A stretch of 64,000 nucleotides of DNA, from positions 33,668,001-33,732,000 of the forward strand of contig NC_058368.1 in assembly GCF_018350175.1 (NCBI RefSeq), read 5' to 3'. The notes under the pieces are model-generated. The model was given only the letters and a program-made list of their open reading frames with translations, did not search any database and had not been told where the DNA came from. The position numbers and the translations under genes were made by a program. Positions 37,994 through 51,450 of the stretch are shown in pieces. The stretch is from Felis catus (taxonomy: Eukaryota). Numbering within the stretch: the stretch's first letter is position 1; every line of letters starts with the position of its first letter.

Positions 37994-39040
37994 AAGAGAT
38001 GAAAGAAAATGGAAGCGATTAAAAAAATGTAGCTGAATCACAAGCAAGCTAAAGCATGAGAAGAAATAATAAGGGTATTATTTAATATCAGAATCTATCT
38101 ACAGCAATGATGTTTTGTGGTGTGGAAACAAGGTTTTCAGAATGTGTCCTTTCTTTCCAGGTTTTGACAAAGTGAGATCAAGTTGCAGAAAGTTCAAAGT
38201 AGCATTTAAAACTTGATTGAATGACTATTAAGTCATTCTTTCATAGCAAAGATATAAAAGCATAAGTAGTTAGACAATCTTTGAAGACCATTCTTGAGGA
38301 AAACCTTTGGCGAGAACTTCAGCAATCCACTGTGGTTTCCAAACTCCACAAGGGAAGGGTGTCCTTCTTTCACTGTAAGACAAGGGAGAGGAGACTTGTG
38401 AGGTCCACACTATAAGCCTTTAGTAGGGGTTTTCATACAATAAACAAGGTCTGAGAAAAACAGTGTCTGTGTAAATGCCTGAGAAATCTTAAGGACAAGG
38501 TTAACTGTAGTTGGAGAAGTACCAGTGCTTAGGCAGTGGGTGAGGGGTGAGAGTAGACTTTCATATGCCTGGGGCTACAAAAGGTGTAGCACATGACTAG
38601 AAGCTTGCTAATTCTGGTGAAAATTTTAATTATGTAGAGAAATAGACATTGCAGCAGTAAGTTGGGCTATTGGTGTCTTCAATAATGCAAAGAAGTGCCC
38701 AAAAGCAAAAGAACGAAACATATTCCAAGTTCAAAGAGCAAAGATTATAGATCACAACACTGTTATCAGTCTAGGATCCACTTGCTTCCAAATTTGTTCT
38801 TTTGACTCCCACTACTCCAACTTTACAAGCTTTGGAGACTGAAGGTAACTAGTTGGATGAAGAGGAACAGAAACAGGAAAGAGGGCAGAGACATAAAGTA
38901 GAAGCCACACACACACTATTTTTCCAGGAGAAGGCTGGAGAAGAAGACAGGGTGGCTTTAACTACAAATCAATCTCAGAGCTTTGACTATTATAAAGGAA
39001 CTTAGCTTCTAGTTACTAAATTGCACCTGATGTTATCATC

Positions 39041-39727
39041 TGTATTAATTTCCTATTGTCACCTGTAACACATTACCACAAATTCAGTGCCTTAAACAAG
39101 GTAAATGTTTTGTTTGACAATTCTGTGCATCAAAAGTTCACTACAGATCTCCCTGGATTAAAATCAAGATGTTGGTTGGGGTACCTGGATGTCTCAGTTG
39201 GGTAAGTGTCCAACTTCAGCTCAGGTCATGATCTCATAGCCCTGGGTTTGAGCTCCACATCACGCTCTGAACTGGCAGTGTGGAACCTGCTGGGATTCTC
39301 TCTATCTGCCCCTCCTTCACTTGTGTGTGCATGCCTTCTCTCTCTCTCTCTCTCTCTCTCTTGGAAAAAAAAATGTTGGCAGTGTTGTGTTTCTTTCAGG
39401 AGGTGCCAAAATAATCCATTGCCTTTACTTTTTCCAGCTTCTAGAGACCACACACATTCCTTGATTCATTGCTTCCTTCCTTCATTTTCAGAATGAGCAA
39501 TGCTGAATCTCTCCGATCATTTTCCACAGTCAGGAAAGGTCCCCGATTTTGAGAATCCATGTGATGACAAGTGGGTCTACCTAGATAATCCAGGATAATC
39601 TCCCTGTGTAAAATTCCTCAATTTAATCACATTTGCAAAGTCCTGTTTGCCATGAGAGGTAACACAGTAACAGGTTCCCAAATTAGGACCTGGGTATCTC
39701 GTGGTGGGCTATTACTCAGCCTACGAC
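39041..39727 (-). mobile_element. MaLR solo LTR (MLT1-type) interrupted by a SINE
   Basis: tgtattaatttcctattg...attaccacaaa...; gataatccaggataatctccc; ttaatcacatttgcaaagtcc. Confidence 0.8.
39178..39372 (+). mobile_element. Diverged Can-SINE nested in MLT1
   Basis: Head, (CT)n, A tail; approximate TSD aa(g/a)atgttgg. Confidence 0.85.
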
Positions 39728-42013
39728 ATTCATCTAAGAGAGAGGAAAGCGTCTCTGAAGCAAATTTGACACTGAAAAATTTTAACAAGATGGTGTGAGA
39801 CAAAATAAACTTGCTTTATAAATAAATGCCCTCAATACTGTCTTAGCAATGTATCAGATAATTACAAAGTTTTGTACAAATTAATTTATTTGTATTATCA
39901 TTCACTATACTTTTTCTTTTTAAAACTTGTACTCAGAGAAGAACGCACAGTGAGTATTCAGAGGAATTTAGGTTGAGAGGGCAAGAAGCTTCAGGAACTC
40001 TGAAATCCTTTAAAAGGGAGGCGCAAACATGGCAGTTAACAGAAAATATGGGATTGGTATGTTAAGGAATACAGCCTGCAGAAAACACAAAGAAAAAAAA
40101 AACATCAAGGGCTGGATGAAGATATTACAAGTAGGAATGTGGAACAAAGAATCAAAGTTTCTGGGAGGAAGCAACAAACCAGTCATAGCTATAAACTGGG
40201 TAAATAAGCTGGGAATAATTTGGGAACAAAATATCTTGTCCCTGAAAGGCTTCTGAAGATATCTAAATGCCGCTTTCAATGTGTAGCCACCCTCACATCT
40301 GCCTTTGTCCGTACAAGCGTTGGCAAAAACAGTAAATGACGAAGGCTCAGCTCAACCCCCATTTATTTGCTAAGAGACTATGTATTATCACGGCCTGACG
40401 TCCAACCAAGCAGCCAAATAGGTTACTAGGATTAATGTATCTCTTCATACTATCCTAGAGAACTGTAGGTTAAGTACTTTAAACTTATCAAGTAACGCAT
40501 ATTACAAAGGAGAAATTTGAGAGTTTATTATGGTATTGATTTAACCTAGCGTTCAGATCTTTGCTTTTAGAATAAAGGGAAGCTCTGACCCTGAATCAGC
40601 ATCTGGATGTATACTGATTCCCTCACCTATCACTTTATGAAATGAGAGATATAATTTACTTTCCTAAATTCCTGAAAATGAGAGCAACAATAGAATTGAG
40701 AGCCACTTACCTTCGTATTCACAACTCTCCTCTTTAGCAACCAGCGCATGGCAATATTCACTGGCCCACGACAGGAAGAATATCTTTCCTTCCTCTTTCA
40801 AAATGACACTCAAAAATTGATGGGTTCTCACTATTTTTGTTCACTGACACTGGCTAATTATTAACTCTGCGGGAAAAAAATTAAATTTTAATGTTAATGT
40901 CACTGTAAAACACCAGGATGTGTCTCAGCATAAGATACCATAAAGGTTTAAGTTGTTTTGGTAAGTTGGCCACCTGTTCAAATGTTAAAAATTTACACAG
41001 TCTCTCCAGCCTCACTTGTGTCCATCTTTTATATTGATCAATGTATCATAGTTACTGCATTAGTGTGGTTTGAAATAGTCTGTCTTTAAGAGGCCTGCTG
41101 AAAGCATAGTTTCAACTGCCACTGTTATTCAAATCTTTCAAGAATAATTTATACTTTTCAAATTTTTCCATCTGATACCTTGTTTGACATGCCACTAAAT
41201 GATTAAAATTTCTTGGAAGGAAGTAGCCTAAAGTTGGAATAATCTAACTGTAAACACATATAGTAACCTCTGGACCATAATTAACATCCAACATATAAAA
41301 CAACAGCAGACAGAGCACCCCATTAATTAATCACATGCTTCCTAATAAACTTTTGGAAAGATATTCTGTGTATTTCTTTTACCTAACGATCTCCATAAAG
41401 AAAACATAACTGGTTGAATAGTTTGAGTAGCCTTTTAAGTAACTATTTTTATAAAACAATCACATTTTATTAAAAAAATCATATTCTATCAAGCCAAAAG
41501 TGTTGTTTTATCATTAAAGATGCCCTGTATTTATTTAACGGAACCACAAGAAAAAGATTATAGCCACCAACCTCATTTCTATTGTTAACCTGAAAATAAA
41601 GAGCCACAATGAGAAGCAAACAAGCATTTTTCTGGGATCAACGAATTGCAATTCGGAAGCACAGATTCAGGTAGAAACTCGAATAGTGTCCTGCTTGTAC
41701 AGAGAAAGCAAGGGGTTGTTAATAAGGAAAAGGATAGTCAGAGGGCAATTTCATGAGTTAACAAGGCAAAAAAAATTTTTTTTTTTTTTTGTCTGTGGGT
41801 GCTAAGCTAAACTACTCTGAGTTATATACATTGATTGATTACTGATTCTATCTTCAGAACGTCCACAACCATCAGTCTTGTGATCAGGATGTCTGTTGCC
41901 CCAAGCAATTGCTTACGACAGCTACCAATTTGCCCCGTCCAAAGGTTTTGGCTCAATTCAGAGATGGGTAGGGCCGTTTCTCTGCAATGGCTCACAGCAA
42001 TGCTTCCACTAAT

Positions 42014-42110
42014 GGGGCGCCTGGATGCCTCAGTCGGTGAAGCCTCCGACTTCAGCTCATGACCTTGCAGTTCATGAGTTTGAGCCCTGCAACAGGCTCT
42101 GAGCTGTCCA
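42014..42110 (+). mobile_element. Truncated, degenerate Can-SINE
   Basis: ggggcgcctggatgcctcagtcggt head; no tail. Confidence 0.7.
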
Positions 42111-42774
42111 TTCATGTCTATTTTTCACATTATTAATACATTTACTTTAATATGAGAAGCTATAATTGCAAGTTAGGTTCTAGCTCAAAGACGGACATTT
42201 ATCTTATGAGACACTATTTTAATACTTAACATGCTGAAAAATGTATGTAAACTATTCATAGAAGACCTATGGATCCATGTTAAAAAAAAAAAAAAAGAAA
42301 ACAGGAGACAAATTCTTTGCTCTCAGGTAGCTTATAATTTAGGTAAGGTTTTATTTTCATGGATATGAAAAGTTATTCAGCAACATTTGTTTTGAAAACA
42401 AGACCCACTCCAAAAAATTGTGTGAATTTACAGAAAGTCAATCATGTTAGGAAATGCTGAGTAGAGTTTGATGATGAGACCAAGGAGCATCTTCTATGAT
42501 TAAGGGAAGGATAACTGAAGACTAAAGGTTTTGTGTTAGATTGAAACATTAATTAATTATTTAATCAGCACATATTTATTACAAGTCTCCCATGTGTCAG
42601 GCAGTCTTCTTCACATTGGAGGGGTAACCACAAACAACAAGGTCATGGACTCCACCCTTACTGAAGTTAAGGTGATTAAGCGGTCAGAAACGCAGTGACT
42701 GAAGTGTAGGTTGCTGAGATCGCCTCCCCATGGTCAATTTTCCAAGCCAGACAGTGCTGGAAATTTTTAAGAAA

Positions 42775-42945
42775 TTGTAATTATAATATAAAATTATGTA
42801 TATAAATACATTATATATGTTTATATATATTATTATATATAATATTATATGTTAAATTAAATTATATATAAATATATATTTAAATTATATATAAATATAT
42901 ATAATTATAAAATTATATAAATATAAAATATTAATAGTAATAAAG
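42775..42945. repeat. AT-only low-complexity tract
   Basis: Nearly pure A/T with TA motifs. Confidence 0.85.
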
Positions 42946-43004
42946 ATTGTAATAGCCAAAATTGCTTAAGCACACACTCTATATGAAGTACTTTTGTACC
43001 TACT

Positions 43005-43462
43005 TTGTAGGTATAAAAGGAGAAACTATTCTGACACCTGTTAAAGATGGTAAGGCAGACTTTTTTCAGCGGGACTAAGACAATGGGGTTTTGTAATAGG
43101 GGAGGGAGATTGAAGTCAACCCCAAATACCAAAAAGACAAGTTGAGATTTATAGCCAAGGGGCAGGGTGAGGGTCAGTGGGTGGAAAAATGCTGAAAGGG
43201 GACTTCAGGGGTTAGGGGATTCTGGCTAAGCCAACTTGACAGAATTTTTGCTGTAGGCAGGCCAGGTGATAAGATATTGAAGGTGGGGGATAAGGAATTT
43301 GATCACATATCAAGGAGGGGGGGGCTGATTTTCACTATACTAACCCAGCAGGATTCTTGCTGAAATTGGACTAAATGGGCTTAGGGCAGAGCCCAAGGGC
43401 AAGACCTAGTCAAAAAGAGGTCTCAGAGGAGCAGCATTAAAGTAGTCAGAGAGTCTTTGTCA
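43005..43462 (-). mobile_element. ERV1 solo LTR (MER31-like)
   Basis: gagatttatagccaagg, ggggattctggcta, ends agtctttgtca (TGACAAAGA on minus); left boundary approximate. Confidence 0.6.
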
Positions 43463-43778
43463 TAGGTTTTAAGCCACTTAACTACTCACAATGCATAAGG
43501 CACACATAGTAATGTCATGCTTACACTGACTAGGGAATCAGGGAACATCTAGGGTAAACTACTTGCTGAAGATCACATGGCAAGTGGCATAGCCAGGTCT
43601 CAAGTCTAAGCTCTCTCTCTCTCTCTCTCCAGAGCCAATGCTGTTGGCTTCCACTCCCTGGATATTTTCCAAGTCAGAGAGACATCATGAGCAATCCTTT
43701 ACAATGGGAGAGGAATATGTCAGTTGCCACATTTCACAATTTTTAGGGTATATCTGGGATTCATTTCCACATTTCTTC

Positions 43779-43832
43779 ATATCTATATCTATATCATCTA
43801 TATCTATATCTATATCTATATCTATATATCTA
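43779..43832. repeat. (ATATCT)n microsatellite
   Basis: Direct observation. Confidence 0.9.
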
Positions 43833-43954
43833 TCTCTCTCTATATAGATATATTTGTGATAACCATATTATATAAATGTCTTATAAGTTTTTAGTATTAT
43901 AGCATTTTAAAATTACCCATTATCTCTATAAAACTTAAAAAAAATCACAAAGTA

Positions 43955-44297
43955 CAGTTGATCCTTGAAAAATGCAGGGACTAGGGGTGCTGACTCCCTC
44001 AACCCCTCAGTCGAAATGCCACAAATAACTTTTGACCCCTCAAAAAATCATCTACTACATCTGGTCACTTTCTGTTGACCAGAAGCCTTACAACAACATA
44101 AACAGTAGATTAGCACATATTTTGTACATGTATTAGATAGGCACTGTCTTCTTACAATAAAGTAAGCTAGAAAATGTTATTAAGAAAATCATATGGAAGA
44201 GAAAATGCATTTACAGGACATTACTGTATGTACAGAAAAAAACCTGTGTGTAAGTGAACCAGCATAGTTCAAATCCATGTCGTTCAAGGGTCAATTG
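43955..44297. mobile_element. Tigger2-type non-autonomous DNA transposon
   Basis: Imperfect TIRs CAGTTGATCCTTGAA...TTCAAGGGTCAATTG, left flank TA. Confidence 0.85.
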
Positions 44298-47200
44298 CAT
44301 TTATTCTGTAAATATACCTTAGTGTTAACAGCCATCTTACTATGATTTGGCAATAAAAGTGTTTACCATTCTTCACTTAGTATCATTTCAAATTTAATAT
44401 TGTTTACTTTTTTTAAATACTATTCCTGAAATTCAGGTTGTTTCCTAAGACTAGGATTAAATGGAAATGACTGTGTCATAGCTTCCCTGCTTGGGTACCC
44501 TCATTCTCTCTCTCTCTGTTTGTCTTTGTCTCTCTCCAAATAATTTTTTTTTAAAGAAAGGTTTGTAACAATTTATATTCCCTCTCATATTATACAGAAG
44601 GGCTCATTTACTTGAATATTTTATTTTTAACCATTATAATTCTCTTTAAATATTTAATTATGGTGCATACTTATGGTTAAGCTTTATTTTATTTTGGTAT
44701 GTTGGAACAGGTTTTTAGGTTCCTAGTTGCTGTTATATCAATCTGTATTCCCCTGTCTGTGAACTGTCAATACTTTTGCCCCATGTTAAAAATTAAGATC
44801 TTGGTTTTGGTTCATGTTTACAGAGTATCTACCATGCTCCAGGCACTGTGGATACAAAAGCACTGTCTCTAACTCTAGAGGGGAGGTAAACAGGGAAAGA
44901 TCATCACAGTAGAGGAGGACAAGTAGCGGTTCTGGTGAGAGCAAAGGGAGAGGCTAGATCAATACATAAAGTAGTTTTTAAACTGCTTGGGGAAAGAATA
45001 GGACTTAGCCGTGAATTGGGGGTATTTTTGCAATTACTTAGGAGAGTAGCACGTTTAAAGTCTCAGAAGAGCAGGAATACAGTGATTCCAGGTGATGGCG
45101 TGTGGCTGGAGCACAGGGTAAATGGAGGTGTGGGGTGTGATCAAAAATGAGGATGTGGAGGTAAGCGGAGACCATATGATGAAAAGCTGTGCAATCTACA
45201 CTAAACTGCTCTTACGCATGCCTACCTTATCAACTTTGATTCTATTTTAAATGTTTTAATTATTTAACACACTTTCCCAGTGTGTTTGGTTTTGTTTAGA
45301 ACGTGTTGGGCATGCATACATTCTCTTCCTTGTAATCCACTCTGTTCACCTTTCCTCTACCATTTCTTCCATTTTTTCTATATTAGTTCAACATAGTTTT
45401 AAAAAGTAAATGGATAAGACCATCCTGGACTGGTTTTATTTCTCAGTTAACTCGTCATATTTTAAAAGCAATGCACTTACAAGGGAAACTACATATTTGG
45501 TGGAAGAGAATAGCCATGATTATGTTTATTTTAGTAATTATATGTGACCATATCTAGAATAGTAATTTCAAGAAATATCCATTGTTCCCAGCAGTGTCTC
45601 ATGAATATTCCATAAGCTATTGGAAATGCAATTTTCCAAGATTTCACAGGTGGTTTGGAAACCCCGTATAAATTGAAAGGTCTGCATATTTGAATTATAG
45701 CTCAGTTGGTGTTACAGCCAGCCTCTCCACAACTTGAACCAACTGCATTATGTGGGAGTCTGGAGGGTTTCCACAGCACAGGGACATTTAACGCTGTTTA
45801 TGCCACCACCGATTCTCATCATAATAAATGTACCTCATGGTACAATACTTTCATCTAGATCCAAGTTGTCTTTGACACAAAGCCTAGAAAGTAATTTGTA
45901 GGCAATTTTAGACAATTATCCTCTTATATTATTTACTGTGAGAGATTATTACTATACTTACCAGGGGATTTCGAAAATCTGTTGATAATCCGAAATCGAA
46001 ATACTGAGAAGAACACAAATGCAGATACTAGATTTCAAGTGAAAATACTTGATTCCAGAAAACCCCTATCCTTTCGATCATCTCATTCAGGAATATAGCT
46101 TTATTCCTTTTATACCACATAGTGGCACCTGGTAGCAGTATATTAGAAAGGTGCAAGATGTACTGATTTATGACTACTCTTTCTTAGGATACTTTTATTT
46201 TCTAATACTAGAATGAAGTAAATACAGAGAAACTTTTACTGAATACCGCCACCTGTAATAATAATGTTTAGTGTGTTTGATTTTAATGGCCTATACCACC
46301 CTGTGTCCAAACACCCCCAAAGAGAATTGTTCATTCCAAGAACTATACTAATTATGACTTCATAATATATTGAAAGGATCATTGAGTCCTCTAAATCCTA
46401 AGTTTATCTAATTCTTTTATTGTTGACTTCATAAAACTTTACTAGAACAATAATCGGTTTACCTTCGTTCCTTAGTTCTCTGTCATTTTTTTTTTAAACC
46501 ATCAGACAGATCTGATAATTATTAGACACATATAGCCACAAAAAAAGAAGCAGGAGAACAAAAGGCTTGAATAACTTTGAAATGATAATAAATACAAGAT
46601 AATAAGAATTTGCCTCTGCATGAACTATGACCTATTAGAAATCAATATGAATTTTATCCTATTAAATATATAGTCAGAGTTAGAAAGGTGTTAAAATTAT
46701 AGAAATACCCAGGTTCTAGGGGCGTTTTAATCTTTATAGTGTATTTACAATTTGGTCTCTGATTTCAGATATATCCCAGTCATGAGTACTTATTATTTCT
46801 CTTTCTTTATTTTTTTTTAACCTACCACCTACACATAACATTAAGTTGATAAATTAATTTATCCTTAATAAAAGAAGCTGCATTACATCATTGTCTGGAT
46901 TTTACTGTCTGATAAATGATGGAAGTCACATTCCAACCTATACCAAGAGAGCACTCACTTGATTTTGAGAGATTTTGAGAGTTCAAGGCTAAAAGCCCTC
47001 ACAGAGTTTTCTTCCTGCCCTCTCCTCAGTTAAGAAAGATACTGTTCAATTACTTCTTCAACTGGGAAAGAAATAGAGATTGTATTAGAGAATCCTATGA
47101 ATTTTTGGTTATTTCCAGAAAATGTAGCACTAATATAACAATAACCTATACAACAAATTCACAATCTTGGATCAGAGGCTCTTTCAAATTCATCTTAAGA

Positions 47201-47346
47201 TGCCCCTTATCGACACCATTGCTAACTTCTTGATTAGATTAAGATTACCTACCACCCTACTGCACATTTTGACATGAAAAGATATGCAAAATTAAAAATA
47301 AATAAAACAATCCCTGAAAGAAATGAAAAACTGAATATAAAAATAT

Positions 47347-47563
47347 TTTTATTATTATTTTTAATGTTTACTTATCTTTGAGAGAGAGAGAGTGAGCGAG
47401 CATGAGTGGGGGTGGGCAGAGAAAGAGAGAGACAGAATCCGAAGCCGACTCCAGGTTCTGAGCTGTCAGCACAGAACCTGATGGAAGGCTCGAACTCATG
47501 AACTGTGAGATCATCACCTGAGCCAAAGTTGGACATTTAACCAACTGAGCCACCCAGGCCCCC
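47347..47563 (-). mobile_element. Can-SINE
   Basis: Reverse Can-SINE body and tail. Confidence 0.92.
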
Positions 47564-47748
47564 GAATACATAAATTTTTAAAATGAGTAAGCAAAATTAT
47601 AAATCTCTAAATATTTTAGGTTTCGTATTCACAAGAAAATGTTTATTTTAAAACATGAAAACAACAGTTTTGTCAATCTTTAGAAATGTGATAGTTTCTT
47701 AATATAAATAGAATTCAAATTTCTCTACTTATTTCATAAAGTCATTTT

Positions 47749-47940
47749 ATAAAGTGTTTATTTATTTTGAGAGAGAGAGTGTGAGATGGGGAGAGGAAGA
47801 GAGAGACAGGAAAAGAGAGAATCCCAAGCAGGCTCCGCACTGTGAGGGCAGAGTCCGATGTGGGGTCCATCTCATGAATCGGTGAGATCATGACCTGAGC
47901 CACAATCAAGACTCAATGGACTGAGCCACCAAGGAGCCCC
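47749..47940 (-). mobile_element. Can-SINE (older)
   Basis: Approximate TSD cataaagtcatttt/cattaattcatttt. Confidence 0.88.
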
Positions 47941-48644
47941 ACATTAATTCATTTTGACTGTTGGTTTGTTGGAAATTATGTCAAACAATGCTCATACATG
48001 TTAGTCTCTTAACTCTGTAGGTGTCTCCAACTCTTTCCTTGGTCTGGAAAGTTATGTGGTGAAGAATACAGAAGTGTATTCTCTACTAAAAAATTCTCCA
48101 CATGTTGGATGCTAGAAGCTGCTAATTGCATCCCCATCATGTGGCTTAACACGGTCCTCTGACTTTTTTTTTTTTTTAAGTTTTAGAGCAGAAGGCTTGA
48201 TCAGATTCATGGTTGATTTTTTTGACATGACAAATTCACAGTGATGATGTGTCCTTCCTATTGTACCATATTCAGAGTTGAAAAATATCTAGTCATCTCT
48301 TTCTTGATACTTTTAAGATTGATCAGAGGTTGCAGATGTCGTCTCCCCAATTCATCCAGTAGTTAGAGCCCGACACCTCACTTGGTAAGGTTGGCAGTAG
48401 ACAAATACTGAAAAACTACGGATGCTGCTGGAATCAGTTGGTGATGGACCCAGAAACTAGTCCTCAAACATGTGCACTGAATGAGGGCAGAGGGAAAGAC
48501 TGCATTCTCAGGTGCCTTGAAACCCCAAGAATCTATGATTTTTAAATTCCCCACTTCTATCCATCTAAAAGTTATGCATTCCATAGTTAATTTGGTATCT
48601 CAAAACTGTCATTAGGTCTGGTAGGCAATGCACGTGGGTATATA

Positions 48645-49110
48645 TATTATATTATCCAGGGATCTCCAGACAAACAGAACCAATAGGGCATATGTAAATA
48701 CATACAAAGAGATTTATTATGTCAGGTTGGTTTACATCTTTATAAAAGCAGAGAAGTTACAGGCTCTCTCTGCACGTTGGAGGCCTGAGGAAGTTGGTGG
48801 TATAGTTCAAGTCCTAGCCCAAAGGCCTAAGAACCAGGAGCAGAGATATGCAAAGTCAGGAGAAGACACAGGTTCCAGGTCAAGCAGACAGCAAATTCAC
48901 CTTTCCTCTACCTTTCTGTTCTATTCAGACCCTCAAAGGATTTGATGATGCCCACTCACAAGTGTGAGGGCATATTCTTTACTCAATTTATTGGTTCATG
49001 GCTAATCTCTTCTAGAATCACCCTCACAGACACACTCAGAAATAATATTTCACCAGATACCTAGGCATCTGTTATCCCAGTCAAGTTGATATATAAAATT
49101 AACCATCACA
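48645..49110 (-). mobile_element. ERVL solo LTR (MLT2-type)
   Basis: tctccagacaaacagaaccaatagg start; caagttgatatataaaattaaccatcaca end. Confidence 0.85.
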
Positions 49111-49548
49111 AATGTACATACATATAATTTTATTTAGTATTTCTTATAGAGGATATACCTTTGAAGTAAATTTAGGTCTCTTGTATATGATTTTGTATTT
49201 TGGATATCTTTTTTATTTGATCACGTCACTATATTTCAGAGAAAATGGCATTCAATAAAATTTGTGTATTGCACACAAATTTTCAGGGCTATAGCTTATG
49301 TTTAAATTAGTGAAAAAGTGCTTATTGGCCCAACGTATTTATTGAGACTTTTTTAATCCCAAGACTTCTTTTTAGCATGTAGGATATATAGTAAAAAGCA
49401 ATGAAAACTTCTGCTCGAAAAAAGCTTATATTTTCACACATTTGTGGGATTTTCTTTGTAAAAGTCTTATTTACTTTAATAGCATTCATATATTCTATTT
49501 GTAAGTGATTAATATATAAGCATATAGATCTTGAACAATTCAAGTTAC

Positions 49549-49682
49549 CTGTACAATTTCATTTTCCGAGGACTCTAAACACAATGAAGACCGAGGAGAG
49601 TTTTCTTGTTTTAATACCAAGGAGAACAGCATATTGGCACATTGCTGGTTAAATTGCATGGGGAATCTTAGCATGACTCCAT
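49549..49682 (-). other. Candidate 134-bp spliced exon (unidentified gene or lncRNA)
   Basis: Acceptor tttttctgcattttctag|AT, donor CAG|gtaact, one open frame; protein not recognised. Confidence 0.25.
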
Positions 49683-51382
49683 CTAGAAAATGCAGAAAAA
49701 TTTTCCTTAAGTGATATACATTCACCAAACTTTAATGTGTAAGTGTTTTGTTTGAATAGTAAAACTTACTCTGAAACTAAAATAAATTATTAATTTGTGA
49801 CTAAGTTTTATTATCTGATAAGGTAAGGATATATTTTATTTTTCTTTGATATTGCTGAAAAAATTGTGAATATAAGGGGAGCAGTAAGTTGCCTTATTTC
49901 TATCATTTTCTCTGGAAGATTGAAAACTTAAAACAAGATATGTATATTTTATTCTGGAATCAATAGAATAAACTGAAATGAGAAAAGAAAATGTAATTGT
50001 TGACCCTACCCCAAATCTGAATCTGTGTAAAGGCCCACACCACTCTGAGTATTAACATAATAATATATTAACGTAAGAAGCAGGATAAATAAAGAATAAT
50101 TAGCTTGTGAAAGAATACCTTGAGGTTAGTTATGCCTATTTGCAGTTGTAGGGGCTGGCTAGAAAATTATATCCAACTATTTCACACCATACTATTAGAA
50201 TGTATGATCCAGTGCCCTGCTCTCAAGACAATGTAAAAGAAAATCATTATTCTAACACATTTTTTTCCCACCTTTATTCATTTTGGACCTTGCCAGTACT
50301 CCTGTTTCTTCCCAAATTGTGTATGTAATTAACATTTATTTAAAGGTTACATATAAACTTTCACATGTATCATATCAAATATAACTAATAATGATTACTA
50401 AGGATTAAAAATGTTTGTGCCAGTGCTGTGACACTCTTGGACTGAAGGACCATGATGAGTCAGTTTATTACTGATGCATTAACTCGGTCAGACTTTGATT
50501 TTCAACTGTAATACTTTTTTTCAGTAAGAAAAAAAAATACACGATACGTGTAAGACTATGTGAGACTCAACGTAGCCCACATGACGATGGTTATGACTGA
50601 ATTAAACAGCTGAACCTTGAGCTGAGACAGTGCAGAAGGTAGTGGCAAGATACACACATTGCTCTTAAAAGAATCCATTTCCAGGTTAAGAAGTTAACAA
50701 AGCAAACAAATAAAAACCAACAATTTTAATCTCAATTCCCACTCTTGGTATAGCATAGGAAAGTGCAATAAATCTGTGGGCCAGAGAACGCAGATGTCTC
50801 ATGTTACATACAAAAGACGGTAGAGTAACTAAAATCAAAGAAAGAAACGGAAGACGGAATAGGGAAGAAGAAAGAGAGAGAGAATAAAAGTAGGGTTGAT
50901 GTTGAGTTATACCAACTGTTAAAATATTTAAGTATATAAATGTTTCATATCAGTTACTAAGAAGTTACTACCATGAGTCACTTAGAGGGACCACATTAAT
51001 TCAGATTGCTCCGGTTCGTCTTCCTGGACCCCTAGAATTACTCATGATCTAACAATTAACCAGTAACATTGTAAATCGTACTCATAGGGTATCACTTGTC
51101 AAAGAATTTTACATACTGGTAATAAAAAACAAATTAGCAGCATCATTTTGTAAAATACCAGATCAAAATATAAATAATACATGAGCAAGGGCATATGTAA
51201 GAAAATTAGCAGGCTTTAACAGAAAAAGCATGACACCTACCTAAAGTTGAGATCAAGTTGGAGAAGTCAATCCTACCATGTGCTCAGGAGAGAGAACCAT
51301 ATACTCATAAATAGCCTTAAGAGTTACCACAGGATTGTCTCCAGTTCCTTAGTGATAAGTTTTAAGGGAAGGAGTATTTCAT

Positions 51383-51411
51383 CTATGTATGTATGTATGT
51401 ATGTATGTATG

Positions 51412-51447
<36 letters not shown>
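51383..51447. repeat. Compound (TATG)n(TATC)n tetranucleotide microsatellite
   Basis: Direct observation. Confidence 0.95.
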
Positions 51448-51450
<3 letters not shown>

